The position numbers and the translations under genes are program-made. A stretch of DNA of 56,589 nucleotides from a virus (taxonomy: Duplodnaviria; Caudoviricetes): positions 1 to 56,589 of the IMG/VR virus record IMGVR_UViG_3300049893_000970, one strand, 5' to 3'. Positions 17,396-27,017 of this stretch are shown in pieces. A model generated the notes under the pieces. The model was not told the origin of the DNA, ran no database searches, and saw nothing but the letters and a program-made list of their open reading frames with translations. Every line of letters begins with the position of its first letter. The first letter of the stretch is position 1.

Positions 17396-19138
17396 ATGGA
17401 TCCGCTGTTCCCCGTGGTCGATCTGGAGCAGATCACCTCGATGTCCGACGAGGACATCCAGGCGCTCATCGACCAATACAACGCTGCCTTCGGTGCCATC
17501 GCCAGCGGCGCGGCATTCGAGGGCATGGAGGACCCGCCCGATCTGAACGAGCGCAAGGCGCTGGCGCAGGCCGGAGCCGAGACGCTGAAGGCGCTCAAGA
17601 CCGCGCTCGCCGAGCGCATCGAGGAGCGCGAGCGGTTCGCCGCCGAGATGGCGGAGATCGCCGCGGACGCAGGAGTGGTCGTCACGGCCGAGGCCGAGGG
17701 CGACGACGAGGGCGACGAGGAGGAGGGCGAAGGCGACGCAGAAGAGGCGGCCGCCGAGTCCGTCGAGGACGAGTCCGCAGAAGCCTCGCCCGAGGCTGCG
17801 GCGGAACTGACCGTAGAGGAGCCGGAGGCAGTCGTGGTGTCGAGCGCGCCCGCTCTCTTCCGGCACAAGCCCCCGGCCGTGCCTCGGAGGCACCAGCCGA
17901 TCGTGATCGAGGACGGCGACCGCAAGGCCGCGCTCGTCGCGTCGGCTGGCATTGAGGGACTCACGCCCGGCGAGCACCTCGACAGGGACGCCCTCTCGCA
18001 CGCGCTCATGACCTCGCTGCGCGGATTCGTCTCGACGCCTCCTGGCTTCGTCCAGAAGGTCGTCGTGGCCTCCGCACGGTGGGAGTACCCCGAGGAGCGC
18101 ACGCTCTACGGCGACTCCATCCAGGCCGACGACGCGAAGATCCGCGCGGTGCGCGGTCCCGACGCGCTCGTCGCGGCGGGCGGCTGGTGCGCACCGAGCA
18201 CCATTCGCTACGACATCGAGGCGATGGGTTCGACGGCCCGTCCCGTCAGGGACGCGTTCGTCGGCTTCAACGCCACGCGCGGTGGCCTCCGCTACTACCC
18301 GGACATCTCCATCGCCACGACCGACGTGACGGACGGCATCACGCACCTCACCGAGGCCGAGGATGAGGGCGGCACCATGACGAAGGACTGCGTCGTCGTG
18401 GACTGCCCGGTGGACTCCGAGGTCCGGGCCGACATCATCGCGGCGTGCCTCCAGGCAGGGAACCTGGCGGGCATCGCGTTCCCGGAACTGATCTCCGCGT
18501 ACCAGGACCTCCTGGGCGTGCAGGCAGCCCGGACGCGTGACTCGCTCCTGCTGGACGCGGTCGCCGCCGACACGCAGACCACGACCGTCACCGAGACGGC
18601 GCAGGAGTACGGGGCATACGACGCCCTCGTCTACAACCTGCTCCGGCTCGCGGCGGGCTACCGCTCGCGGCACCGGCTCGACGCCTCCGCCGTCCTGCGG
18701 TCGCTCGCACCCGCCTGGCTCGCAGACCTGATCGTGGCCGACCTGGTCGCGCGTCAGTTCCCGCTGCCGGGCGGAGTCACGCGAGCAGGCGTGGCGGCAC
18801 TCATCCAGTCGCAGACGCAGGTCGCTGTGGACTGGTACCTCGACAGCCGCACGGGTGGCGGCCAGATCATCGGCGCGCAGGGAGCCGGGGACATCGTGGA
18901 CTTCCCCGACATCGCCGAGGTCCTGCTCTGGCCGGAGGGCGGCATCCTGTTCATCGACCAGGGCGAACTGAACATCGGTCTCGTCCGCGACTCGCTGCTC
19001 AACGAGACGAACGACGTGAAGTTCTTCTCCGAGACGTTCGAGAACGCGGCCGTGATCGCAGCCGAGGCCTTCCTCGGCCAGTTCACGCTCTGCCCGACGG
19101 GTGAGGTCGCTCCCACGGCGACGGCCCGGACCTGCTGA
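17396..19138 (+). CDS. Major capsid protein with N-terminal acidic/coiled-coil scaffold domain
   Basis: SD GGAGG; E/A-rich N-terminus; ALVAAGGWCAPS, RGG and LNIGLVRDS..N..ND motifs. Confidence 0.88.
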   Translation: MDPLFPVVDLEQITSMSDEDIQALIDQYNAAFGAIASGAAFEGMEDPPDLNERKALAQAGAETLKALKTALAERIEERERFAAEMAEIAADAGVVVTAEAEGDDEGDEEEGEGDAEEAAAESVEDESAEASPEAAAELTVEEPEAVVVSSAPALFRHKPPAVPRRHQPIVIEDGDRKAALVASAGIEGLTPGEHLDRDALSHALMTSLRGFVSTPPGFVQKVVVASARWEYPEERTLYGDSIQADDAKIRAVRGPDALVAAGGWCAPSTIRYDIEAMGSTARPVRDAFVGFNATRGGLRYYPDISIATTDVTDGITHLTEAEDEGGTMTKDCVVVDCPVDSEVRADIIAACLQAGNLAGIAFPELISAYQDLLGVQAARTRDSLLLDAVAADTQTTTVTETAQEYGAYDALVYNLLRLAAGYRSRHRLDASAVLRSLAPAWLADLIVADLVARQFPLPGGVTRAGVAALIQSQTQVAVDWYLDSRTGGGQIIGAQGAGDIVDFPDIAEVLLWPEGGILFIDQGELNIGLVRDSLLNETNDVKFFSETFENAAVIAAEAFLGQFTLCPTGEVAPTATARTC

Positions 19139-19184
19139 TCGGAAGCTGAGTGAGGAGTCGGAGACGAGTCGGAGGAGGTAGCGA

Positions 19185-20033
19185 ATGGCCGCTCTAGCAC
19201 CACTGCGGATCGATGGTCCTCCTCCGGCTCCCCGGCCCTACGGGATCGTGACCACGCCGGGCACGATCATCGCCGAAGGCGACCCGCACTGGAGGTCGGG
19301 AGTCGTAGTGGACTCCTACCCGGAAGACCTCCCCGAGTCGCACAACCCCTGTGCGGCCGGAACCATGCGGGTGAAGGCAACGGGGACCGATCCGCCACAG
19401 CCGGAGTTCAGTTCCTTCACCGTGGTCTACCCCTTTACGTGCTCGGGCATCGGCCTGGGCAACGAGGCGGGAGCCGACCTCGCGCGCTCGCGCGTGCGAC
19501 AGGTGTTCGCCGCGACGGAGGGGTGGGAGGTGGAGAGGGAACTGGCCATCGGCGTCAGCGACGCGACTCGACCGCACTTCACGCTGCCGGGGCTTGCCAC
19601 ATACCCGGCAGGAGGCGTGAACACTGCGGTCGGGCCACGAGAGTCCATCGGACTGCTGGAGAACGCCATCGGCGCGACCGCCAGGGCGGGACTCATCCAC
19701 GCCGACCCTGCGACCTTCATGGCCTGGGCGGCGTTCGACCTTGTGGACACAGACGGCACGCGCGCGTACACGAAGCGTGGGACGACCGTCATCGTCGGGG
19801 ACGGCTACATCGGTGCGGCACCAGGGTCGGCTCTCACGGCCGACGAGGCATACGCCTGGGCCACCGGACCGGTGCGGGTGCTCCGCGACGAGATCGAAGT
19901 CCTGGGGCCGACTGCTCAGGTCCTGGACACGCAGACCAACGAAGTGACGTTCCGAGCCGAGCGCAACTACGTCGTGTACTGGGACACGGCTCTGCTCGCG
20001 GGCGTCCGAGTGGACAGGAGCGCCACACCATGA
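19185..20033 (+). CDS. Putative minor capsid/decoration protein
   Basis: Directly after the MCP; strong SD; TNEVTFRAER. Confidence 0.6.
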   Translation: MAALAPLRIDGPPPAPRPYGIVTTPGTIIAEGDPHWRSGVVVDSYPEDLPESHNPCAAGTMRVKATGTDPPQPEFSSFTVVYPFTCSGIGLGNEAGADLARSRVRQVFAATEGWEVERELAIGVSDATRPHFTLPGLATYPAGGVNTAVGPRESIGLLENAIGATARAGLIHADPATFMAWAAFDLVDTDGTRAYTKRGTTVIVGDGYIGAAPGSALTADEAYAWATGPVRVLRDEIEVLGPTAQVLDTQTNEVTFRAERNYVVYWDTALLAGVRVDRSATP

Positions 20034-20058
20034 CCCTCGCTGGAGAGGAGGTAGCAAG

Positions 20059-20709
20059 ATGAACTGTGGAGTGCCGTACGGCCTCTGCGCGATCCGCGTG
20101 ACGCGCCTCGACAGCGACGGGAACGCGGACGACGACAACGTGGTCAGCCGTCACCCTGTGACGGTCGGCTTCAACCCGAACATCGACCAGGGCACCGACG
20201 TCATCGCACGCGATGGCTGCGGCTGCTCGGTGGCCTCGATCAAGGGCCGCCCGGTCTTCAACTGGGTCGAGTTCACGTTCGGCAAGGACGTGCTCGAACC
20301 GGCGATGGAGGCCATGATGACCGGCGACACGCCGATCACCTGGGGCGGTCTGACCATCGGCGTCAACGGTGCTTCGGCGCTCGACTGCGACGAGGAGCCG
20401 GTCTACGTCGGCTTCGAGTTCTGGGCGAAGCACTACGTCGGGAACTCTCCCGACGCCACCTACCGGTTCGTCCACTGGGTCTTCCCGAGGACGCGCTGGT
20501 GGTGGGGTGACAACACCCAGGAGGAAGGCGTCGGCCGGACCGTGCTCAACGGCGTCTCCGCGTCCAACCCGCTCTGGGGCGGTGGACCCTACGGCGACGG
20601 TCCTCCGGACGGGCAGGACGTGGTCGAGTGGGCACGCTGGTTCACCGACGATCCGCTGCCGACCGCGACCGCTTGCGGCACGCTCGACACGGGAGCCATC
20701 GGGAGCTAG
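20059..20709 (+). CDS. Putative major tail protein
   Basis: AIRVTRLD..G, FEFWAK, HWVFP; position. Confidence 0.65.
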   Translation: MNCGVPYGLCAIRVTRLDSDGNADDDNVVSRHPVTVGFNPNIDQGTDVIARDGCGCSVASIKGRPVFNWVEFTFGKDVLEPAMEAMMTGDTPITWGGLTIGVNGASALDCDEEPVYVGFEFWAKHYVGNSPDATYRFVHWVFPRTRWWWGDNTQEEGVGRTVLNGVSASNPLWGGGPYGDGPPDGQDVVEWARWFTDDPLPTATACGTLDTGAIGS

Positions 20710-20728
20710 GCGACCGGAATAGGCGTGC

Positions 20729-20758
20729 GAGGGGCGGGGCCAACCGGCTCCGCCCCTC
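20729..20758 (+). terminator. GC-rich hairpin
   Basis: GAGGGGCGGGGCC-aacc-GGCTCCGCCCCTC. Confidence 0.6.
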
Positions 20759-20787
20759 AGCCTGATACGCCACTCCCGTCCACCGTC

Positions 20788-23223
20788 ATGGGTGCCGCCA
20801 AGATCATCCGCCATCTGCGTCGCCTGTTCGACGTGGACGACACGAACTACGCGCCTGGCCGCGTCGTCGCGGTCAAGGGCGACGGCTCCGAGCACGAGTA
20901 TGTCGACCAGACGGGCGGCGGTGCTCCTGGGGCCACGGGGGCCACGGGAGCCACGGGAGCGGCTGGTGCGACCGGTAGCACCGGTTCCGGCTCGACTGGC
21001 GCTACGGGCGCACAGGGCGCGACTGGAGCGCAAGGAGCGACCGGCTCCATGGGTGCCACGGGTGCCACGGGTTCCGGAGCGACCGGAGCGACTGGAGTCG
21101 GCTCCACGGGTGCGACCGGGCCTGCTGGTGCGGACGGCGGACTAGGCGCAACCGGGGCGACCGGACCTCCTGGCGGGGCGTCATCTCAGGGCGCGACCGG
21201 CAACACGGGAGCGACTGGCGCAACCGGGGCGACCGGAGCGGGCACGACCGGAGCCACGGGACCGGCTGGCGGCCAGGGAGCGACCGGCGCGACAGGAGTC
21301 GAGGGCCTCGCTGGCGACCCCGGCGCGACTGGAGCCACGGGCACCACGGGCGCAACGGGTCCGCAAGGTACGACCGGGGCGACTGGACCCGTCGGCTCGA
21401 CTGGAGCGACTGGCGTCCAGGGCACGACAGGCCCGACCGGGACGCAAGGTGCGACCGGGGCGACGGGCACGGCGGGCACGGCGGGTGCGACCGGGAACAC
21501 GGGCAGCACTGGGGCGACGGGCTCTCAGGGCAGCACCGGGGCGACTGGCGCGGTCGGAGCGACCGGCGTCGAGGGTCTCCCCGGAGATCAGGGCTACACG
21601 GGCGCGACTGGAGCGACCGGCGGGCAAGGGGCCACCGGAGCGACCGGCACCCAGGGAACCCAGGGTTCGACCGGCGCGACCGGAACGCAAGGCGTCCAGG
21701 GGGCGACCGGGGCGACCGGCACGCAGGGCGGCCAGGGAGCGACCGGCGCGACCGGAACGCAAGGCGTCCAGGGGGCGACCGGGGCGACCGGCACGCAGGG
21801 CGGCCAGGGAGCGACCGGCGCGACCGGAACGCAAGGCACGCAGGGCGCAACGGGAGCCACCGGAGCCGACGGCTCGCAGGGTGCGACAGGAGCGACCGGA
21901 GTCGGCAACACCGGGAACACGGGCGCGACCGGAACGCAGGGAGCGACTGGCTCCACCGGAACACAGGGCGCGACCGGGATCGAAGGGCTGCCGGGAGATC
22001 GCGGCTACACCGGGGCGACTGGCGCTCAGGGCACCACGGGGCCGACCGGAGCCGATGGGGCGACGGGCGCGACGGGAGCAGCCGGCGGAGATTCCACGAC
22101 CTACACATATGCCAGTGGTTCCACTGCTCACGCTGATCCCGGCAGTGGGAAGTTCCGTTTCAACAACGGGACCATCTCTTCCGTCACCGCTATCTACGCT
22201 AGTGAGTTCAACGACGGGGCCGTAGATGTGAAGCCGTGGTGGCTTGGAATGGAGGCTGGTGGCCGACTACGCATCTTCGACCCCTTCGACGCAGTGGGCA
22301 CATGGGTCGTCTTTGAGTTGAATAGTGCCCCAAGCTACGACACGGATCACATCGACGCGAGTGTCACCTTCATCGACCAAGGTTCATGGACGACTGGTGG
22401 TGACATACCGGGGTACGTCGTTACTTATGCGCCTCCAGGTGGGCAGGGAGCGACTGGGACGCAGGGGAACACAGGCAATACGGGCGTCCAGGGAGCCACC
22501 GGACCGACCGGCGTCGGCAACACGGGCGCGACGGGAGCCACCGGAGCCACGGGTGTCGAGGGCCTGCCTGGCGACCGGGGCTACACCGGGGCCACGGGAG
22601 CGACCGGGGCGCAGGGCGCGACGGGCAACACGGGCACGGGTGGCGCTCAGGGCGCGACGGGGAACACTGGCGTCGGAGCGACGGGCGCGACCGGGAGCCA
22701 GGGCAACACGGGCGCGACCGGCGCGAAGGCGAACGGAACGCTCTACCTCTCGGCGCAGGGAATGGTCCCGGCGACCACGAACGGAGCGCAACTCGTCAAG
22801 AACGTCGAGGCCACGAACGTCATCAACTACTACACGCTCGACTTCGACACGACCACGCAGGAGATCGCGTGGGCCATGTTCGCCATGCCCTCGGACTGGG
22901 ACGGCGGCACCGTCACCTTCGAAGCCGAGTGGACGGCAACCGGCACATCGACCAACAACGTGCAGTGGGAGTTCGCTGGCCGCTCGTATGGCGACTCGGA
23001 GACGCTGGATCAGGCGATGGGCACGGTCCAGGTCATCTCGGACGCGCACACCGCGACCGCGCTCCAGGCGCAGAGGTCGGGTGCGACCCCGGCGCTTACC
23101 TTCGGGGGCACGCCAGCCGCTGGCGAACTGGTGGCGGTCCGCATCCGCCGCGACGTGGCGAACGACAACCTGGCCGTTGACGCGAAGCTCATCGGCATCG
23201 TGATGAACTACACCCGGACGTAG
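20788..23223 (+). CDS. Collagen-like (Gly-Ala-Thr) fibre protein 1
   Basis: Long G-X-T triplet tracts interrupted by a globular domain; C-terminal beta-rich domain. Confidence 0.9.
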   Translation: MGAAKIIRHLRRLFDVDDTNYAPGRVVAVKGDGSEHEYVDQTGGGAPGATGATGATGAAGATGSTGSGSTGATGAQGATGAQGATGSMGATGATGSGATGATGVGSTGATGPAGADGGLGATGATGPPGGASSQGATGNTGATGATGATGAGTTGATGPAGGQGATGATGVEGLAGDPGATGATGTTGATGPQGTTGATGPVGSTGATGVQGTTGPTGTQGATGATGTAGTAGATGNTGSTGATGSQGSTGATGAVGATGVEGLPGDQGYTGATGATGGQGATGATGTQGTQGSTGATGTQGVQGATGATGTQGGQGATGATGTQGVQGATGATGTQGGQGATGATGTQGTQGATGATGADGSQGATGATGVGNTGNTGATGTQGATGSTGTQGATGIEGLPGDRGYTGATGAQGTTGPTGADGATGATGAAGGDSTTYTYASGSTAHADPGSGKFRFNNGTISSVTAIYASEFNDGAVDVKPWWLGMEAGGRLRIFDPFDAVGTWVVFELNSAPSYDTDHIDASVTFIDQGSWTTGGDIPGYVVTYAPPGGQGATGTQGNTGNTGVQGATGPTGVGNTGATGATGATGVEGLPGDRGYTGATGATGAQGATGNTGTGGAQGATGNTGVGATGATGSQGNTGATGAKANGTLYLSAQGMVPATTNGAQLVKNVEATNVINYYTLDFDTTTQEIAWAMFAMPSDWDGGTVTFEAEWTATGTSTNNVQWEFAGRSYGDSETLDQAMGTVQVISDAHTATALQAQRSGATPALTFGGTPAAGELVAVRIRRDVANDNLAVDAKLIGIVMNYTRT
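21668..21837 (+). repeat. 72-bp exact tandem repeat (~2.3 copies) within collagen gene
   Basis: Unit encodes [24 protein letters not shown]. Confidence 0.85.
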
Positions 23224-23227
23224 CGCG

Positions 23228-23983
23228 ATGGCCGAGATCACGTCCGCTGGCAACACCTGGAACACGAACGCTGGCGACAAGACGGTGACCGCGACCCCGG
23301 TCGACAACGACCTCATCGTGATCGTGGCGGCGTGCTCGGGCCTCGCTGGCGGGACGACCGCCTGCTCGGACAACGACGGCGGCACGTACACGCTGGTCGA
23401 CACCGACCGGACAGGCTTCTCGACGACCGGCGTGCTCAACGTCTTCGTCCGGGACGCGCTCATCACGACGGCTGGCTCGACGATCTTCACCGCCTCGCAG
23501 TCGGGATCGAGCGGCGGCGGCCTGGTCGTGCTCCGCGTGGCTGGCATGACGCTGACCGGGGCGAGCGCCGTGCGCTCGAACGGAGGACAGAGCACGGTCG
23601 CCTCGGGCACCCCGGCTCCGGTGCTGAGCCTGGCTCCGCACGAGCGGAACCCGATCATCACGGCGGTCGCCAGCGGGACGAACGGCGGCGGGACGACCGT
23701 CCGCACGGGCTACACGGACGTGGCGGTGACGGGCTACAACACCCCGGCGACGGGCCTCGACGTGTGCTTCTTCGCACGCGGCGAACTCTCCACGACGATC
23801 ACCTGGGGCGGTGCCGCCCCGAGCCAGTTCGCCAGCGTGGCCATCGAACTTGAGACGCAGGAGCGGAACTACCACGGTCTGCACCACGCCGCGACGGCGG
23901 TCATGGCGGTCAGGGATGCCTGGGAGCGGAAGCGGGGCATCCTCGTCCCGAGGCTCTGGCTTCCGGAAGGCGCAGTACTCTAG
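23228..23983 (+). CDS. Thr/Gly-rich virion structural protein
   Basis: Beta-rich composition; within the structural module. Confidence 0.6.
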   Translation: MAEITSAGNTWNTNAGDKTVTATPVDNDLIVIVAACSGLAGGTTACSDNDGGTYTLVDTDRTGFSTTGVLNVFVRDALITTAGSTIFTASQSGSSGGGLVVLRVAGMTLTGASAVRSNGGQSTVASGTPAPVLSLAPHERNPIITAVASGTNGGGTTVRTGYTDVAVTGYNTPATGLDVCFFARGELSTTITWGGAAPSQFASVAIELETQERNYHGLHHAATAVMAVRDAWERKRGILVPRLWLPEGAVL

Positions 23984-24005
23984 TCGGCAACGAGAGGAGG
24001 GTCAG

Positions 24006-24308
24006 ATGCACCTGCACCACTACGACGGCTTCGACATCGACGGGCCGCTCGATCTCTACTTCGTCAACTACACCGTGATCAACGGCAGCGACCAGCAGCT
24101 AGCGAACATCAACGCTGGTGGGACCGATGTCGAGGCGTACTCGTACAAGGACGGCATCACGCTCACGAACGGTGAGCTTGCGACGCTGCTCGACGGCTCC
24201 AGCTTCGGGCAGAAGAACGTCGCTGTGTTCGCCGACCAGACGGGCGATGCCGCCGCGGTGCAGAAGAAGCGGAGCGCCGCGCTCGCATCCCTGTATCCGA
24301 GCGCCTAG
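24006..24308 (+). CDS. Hypothetical protein
   Basis: SD GAGGAGG before the ATG (MHLHHYDG). Confidence 0.65.
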   Translation: MHLHHYDGFDIDGPLDLYFVNYTVINGSDQQLANINAGGTDVEAYSYKDGITLTNGELATLLDGSSFGQKNVAVFADQTGDAAAVQKKRSAALASLYPSA

Positions 24309-24317
24309 GATCAGCCG

Positions 24318-25466
24318 GTGACGCAGGAGCCGAGCGCCAGCTTCGAGGCGACTTACGACGCCGGAACATCCGGACTCGCAGGGACGCTGGCGGTCGCCAT
24401 CCACGACAACCTCGGCTCCGTCGTCAGCGGACCGACGACGGTGGATATCTCCGAGATCGTCGTCTCCGGACAGGCGACCGCCATCTACTCGGCGGTGCTC
24501 ACGGCTCCGGCCACCGAGGGCCAGTACCTCATCGTCTGGTCGAACGATGGGAGCTTCGACCCGAACACCGGGGCGTCCGAGGACCTCACGGTCTCGGCGT
24601 CGATCCTCGGCCTGTCACCACTGCCGCCGCTCACGAGCGATCCGTCCGCGCTCGGGCCTCCGTGCTCGGCGTGGACAAGCAGGGCTGCGGTCGCCGCCTG
24701 CTGCGAGGGCTTCTCCGACGACACGACCGAGGCTCAGGACGCGGCCATCCGTGCCGCCACCGAGATCCTGTACGCGGTCTCGAACGGCCTCTACTCGGGT
24801 GAGTGCGGGCCTGTCACCGTCCGCCCATGCAACCAGGGCTGCGGATGCTGGGGGCCATGGGCGCTCGGCATGGACTACTCCTGGGATCCGACACGGGGTC
24901 GTTGGGCGTGCGACACGCACGTCTGTGGCTGCGCACCGACCAGCGATGTCGTGCTGGCTGGCGTACCGATCCGCGAGATCACCGAGGTCCTCATCGACGG
25001 CGTGCCACTCGACCCGGACGAGTACGCGCTCATGGAGCCGAACAGGCTGGTGCGGATGCGCGACATCGCCGAGCCGCATCGCAGGCTGGTGTGGCCGGGC
25101 TGCCAGATCATGGATCTGCCCGAGACGGAGGAGGGCACGTTCGCCATCTCGTACACGTACGGGGCAGACCCGCCGCAGGCTGGTCGAACGGCGGCGGCCT
25201 ACCTCGCGTGCGAGATCTGGCGCGGTTGCGGCGGCGGCTCAGGTGAGTGCGCGCTGCCCGACGATGTGACGCGGGTCATCCGCCAGGGAATCACCATCGA
25301 GACGACGCCCATCGTCGCTGCTGCGCTGCGTTCGGGATCGACGGGCGTGCAGGCCATCGACTCCTTCGTCGGCGGCTTCGCTACCGAGAAGGTCGTCGGG
25401 CGGTCGAGCGTGTGGTCGCCTGACCTCGACTACCCGCGGAGGTATCGACCGGACTCGGGGACCTAG
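24318..25466 (+). CDS. Head-to-tail adaptor with an extra N-terminal beta-rich domain
   Basis: AATEILYAVS, YTYG..PP..G..AA..LACE, VTRVIRQGIT. Confidence 0.75.
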   Translation: MTQEPSASFEATYDAGTSGLAGTLAVAIHDNLGSVVSGPTTVDISEIVVSGQATAIYSAVLTAPATEGQYLIVWSNDGSFDPNTGASEDLTVSASILGLSPLPPLTSDPSALGPPCSAWTSRAAVAACCEGFSDDTTEAQDAAIRAATEILYAVSNGLYSGECGPVTVRPCNQGCGCWGPWALGMDYSWDPTRGRWACDTHVCGCAPTSDVVLAGVPIREITEVLIDGVPLDPDEYALMEPNRLVRMRDIAEPHRRLVWPGCQIMDLPETEEGTFAISYTYGADPPQAGRTAAAYLACEIWRGCGGGSGECALPDDVTRVIRQGITIETTPIVAAALRSGSTGVQAIDSFVGGFATEKVVGRSSVWSPDLDYPRRYRPDSGT

Positions 25467-25468
25467 CC

Positions 25469-26002
25469 GTGGCCGGACCCGGCGACCTCTTCGAGACCGC
25501 GAACGACCTGCTGCTGGCTGCTGCGGAGGCGCTCGACACCGTGCCCGACCTCCTGGGCACCGGCTTCCTGGGAGCGCCTACCAGGCAGTTCGTTGCACCC
25601 GGCAATCCCGTCCACGACTGCTGCGAGCAACTCGCGGTCTGGGTCAACCCGGTCGGTGCAGGCGCACGCTCGCCAGGCACGCTCGCGCCCGACTTCATGC
25701 TCGCGCGTCCGACCTTCCGGGTCGAGGCGACGCGCTGTATCCCGCAGGGCAAGATCGTCGCCAAGCAGTACGTCCCGCCGCTTGCATCTGCGCTGACGGC
25801 ATCCGCAGAGCAGCATCTCGCCGACGGATGGGCGCTCTGGAACCACATCTTCAACCTGGTCAACGCCGACCTGCTGTTCCAGAAGTGCCTCGACATGGTG
25901 CAGTGGAACATGACCGTCATCACGCCCTCGGGCGGCTGCGTCGGTTGGGCGCTGACCTTCGTCGTGGGCGTGGACGGCTACCGGGAGGTCCTCACGACGT
26001 GA
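25469..26002 (+). CDS. Putative tail terminator/neck protein
   Basis: Position; DCCEQLAV and PSGGCVGW. Confidence 0.55.
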   Translation: MAGPGDLFETANDLLLAAAEALDTVPDLLGTGFLGAPTRQFVAPGNPVHDCCEQLAVWVNPVGAGARSPGTLAPDFMLARPTFRVEATRCIPQGKIVAKQYVPPLASALTASAEQHLADGWALWNHIFNLVNADLLFQKCLDMVQWNMTVITPSGGCVGWALTFVVGVDGYREVLTT

Positions 26003-26331
26003 TCCGCTTGATCTTGAACGAGCACGCTATCCACGAACTCCTGACCGACCCGGAGGGCATGGTCGCCAACGACCTCAAGCGGCGTGCGATCAACGTGGAG
26101 AGCCAGGCGAAGCTGAACGCCTCCGGCAGGCCTGGTCCGAACGTGGACACCGGTCGTCTGCGATCCTCGATCACCTGGGAGTTGGCGCACCGCAGCGACG
26201 GGCAACTTGTAGCCCGGATCGGGAGCAACGTAGAGTACGCACGCTATGTCGAGGAAGGCGGCGACCCCCCGAGGAGCCGCGGTCCCGGCTACCCATACCT
26301 CGTACCGGCGTTGTCGGCGGGGCGGAACTGA
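25999..26331 (+). CDS. HK97 gp10-like neck/tail completion protein
   Basis: PNVDTGRLRSSI, GSNVEYARYVEEG, PYLVPAL. Confidence 0.85.
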   Translation: MIRLILNEHAIHELLTDPEGMVANDLKRRAINVESQAKLNASGRPGPNVDTGRLRSSITWELAHRSDGQLVARIGSNVEYARYVEEGGDPPRSRGPGYPYLVPALSAGRN

Positions 26332-26346
26332 GAGGAGCACGGCCGC

Positions 26347-26775
26347 ATGACCACTTCAAACGGCAGCATCGACTTCACGCACACGCTCGGCAGCTTCGTG
26401 CTGGAGGGCCACACGTTCCAGCGCCGCAAGGTGCCCGCCAAGCTCTGGGCGGAGACGCTCGCGCGCGTGGGGGCGCAGGAGACCGCCGAGATGAAGAAGA
26501 AGGAAGGCAGCGTGCTGTTCGGTGTGAGCGCGGACGGGCTGGCGGAACTGATCGCGCTCGCCGTGCGCGACGAGGACCGGCCGACGTTCCAGAAGCTGTA
26601 CGAGGACGGCCTCATCGAGTTCGGCGAACTGACCGCCCTCCGCGACTGGGTATGGGAGCAGATGACCGAGCGCCCTTTCACACGGGGTCAGTCCTCTTCC
26701 GATGGGCCTGGGAGCAGCACCGAAGCCTCATCGAAGGACGAGTCACCCTCTCCGGCGGAAGTGCGGACAGCCTAG
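26347..26775 (+). CDS. Tail assembly chaperone (G)
   Basis: Upstream of the tape measure gene; contains a slippery site. Confidence 0.8.
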   Translation: MTTSNGSIDFTHTLGSFVLEGHTFQRRKVPAKLWAETLARVGAQETAEMKKKEGSVLFGVSADGLAELIALAVRDEDRPTFQKLYEDGLIEFGELTALRDWVWEQMTERPFTRGQSSSDGPGSSTEASSKDESPSPAEVRTA

Positions 26776-27017
26776 AGGTCAAGGCCTACTGCGATGCCGC
26801 CTACGCCATCCTCATCGACGAGTTCCAGAGGCGAGGCGTCACCCTGGACGACGCGCTCATCAGCCTCCGTGAATGGACGACAGGTGTCGTCGCCGAGGAG
26901 GAGGAGGTCATGCACGAGTACTACCAGCACCGTCAGGTCGCCTATGACGAGGATCTGGTGGCGCGGCAGAACACGCAGGCCATGGGTGCCATCGACGCAG
27001 CACTCGGGATCGGATAG
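26673..27017 (+). CDS. Tail chaperone -1 frameshift extension (GT)
   Basis: C CCT TTC heptamer at 26673-26679; the -1 frame stays open to 27017. Confidence 0.75.
   Translation, partial: PFHTGSVLFRWAWEQHRSLIEGRVTLSGGSADSLEVKAYCDAAYAILIDEFQRRGVTLDDALISLREWTTGVVAEEEEVMHEYYQHRQVAYDEDLVARQNTQAMGAIDAALGIG

Noticed and set aside
20847-21956. Minus-strand PVA-repeat proteins
   Set aside because: Reverse-complement translation of the GAT collagen codons.
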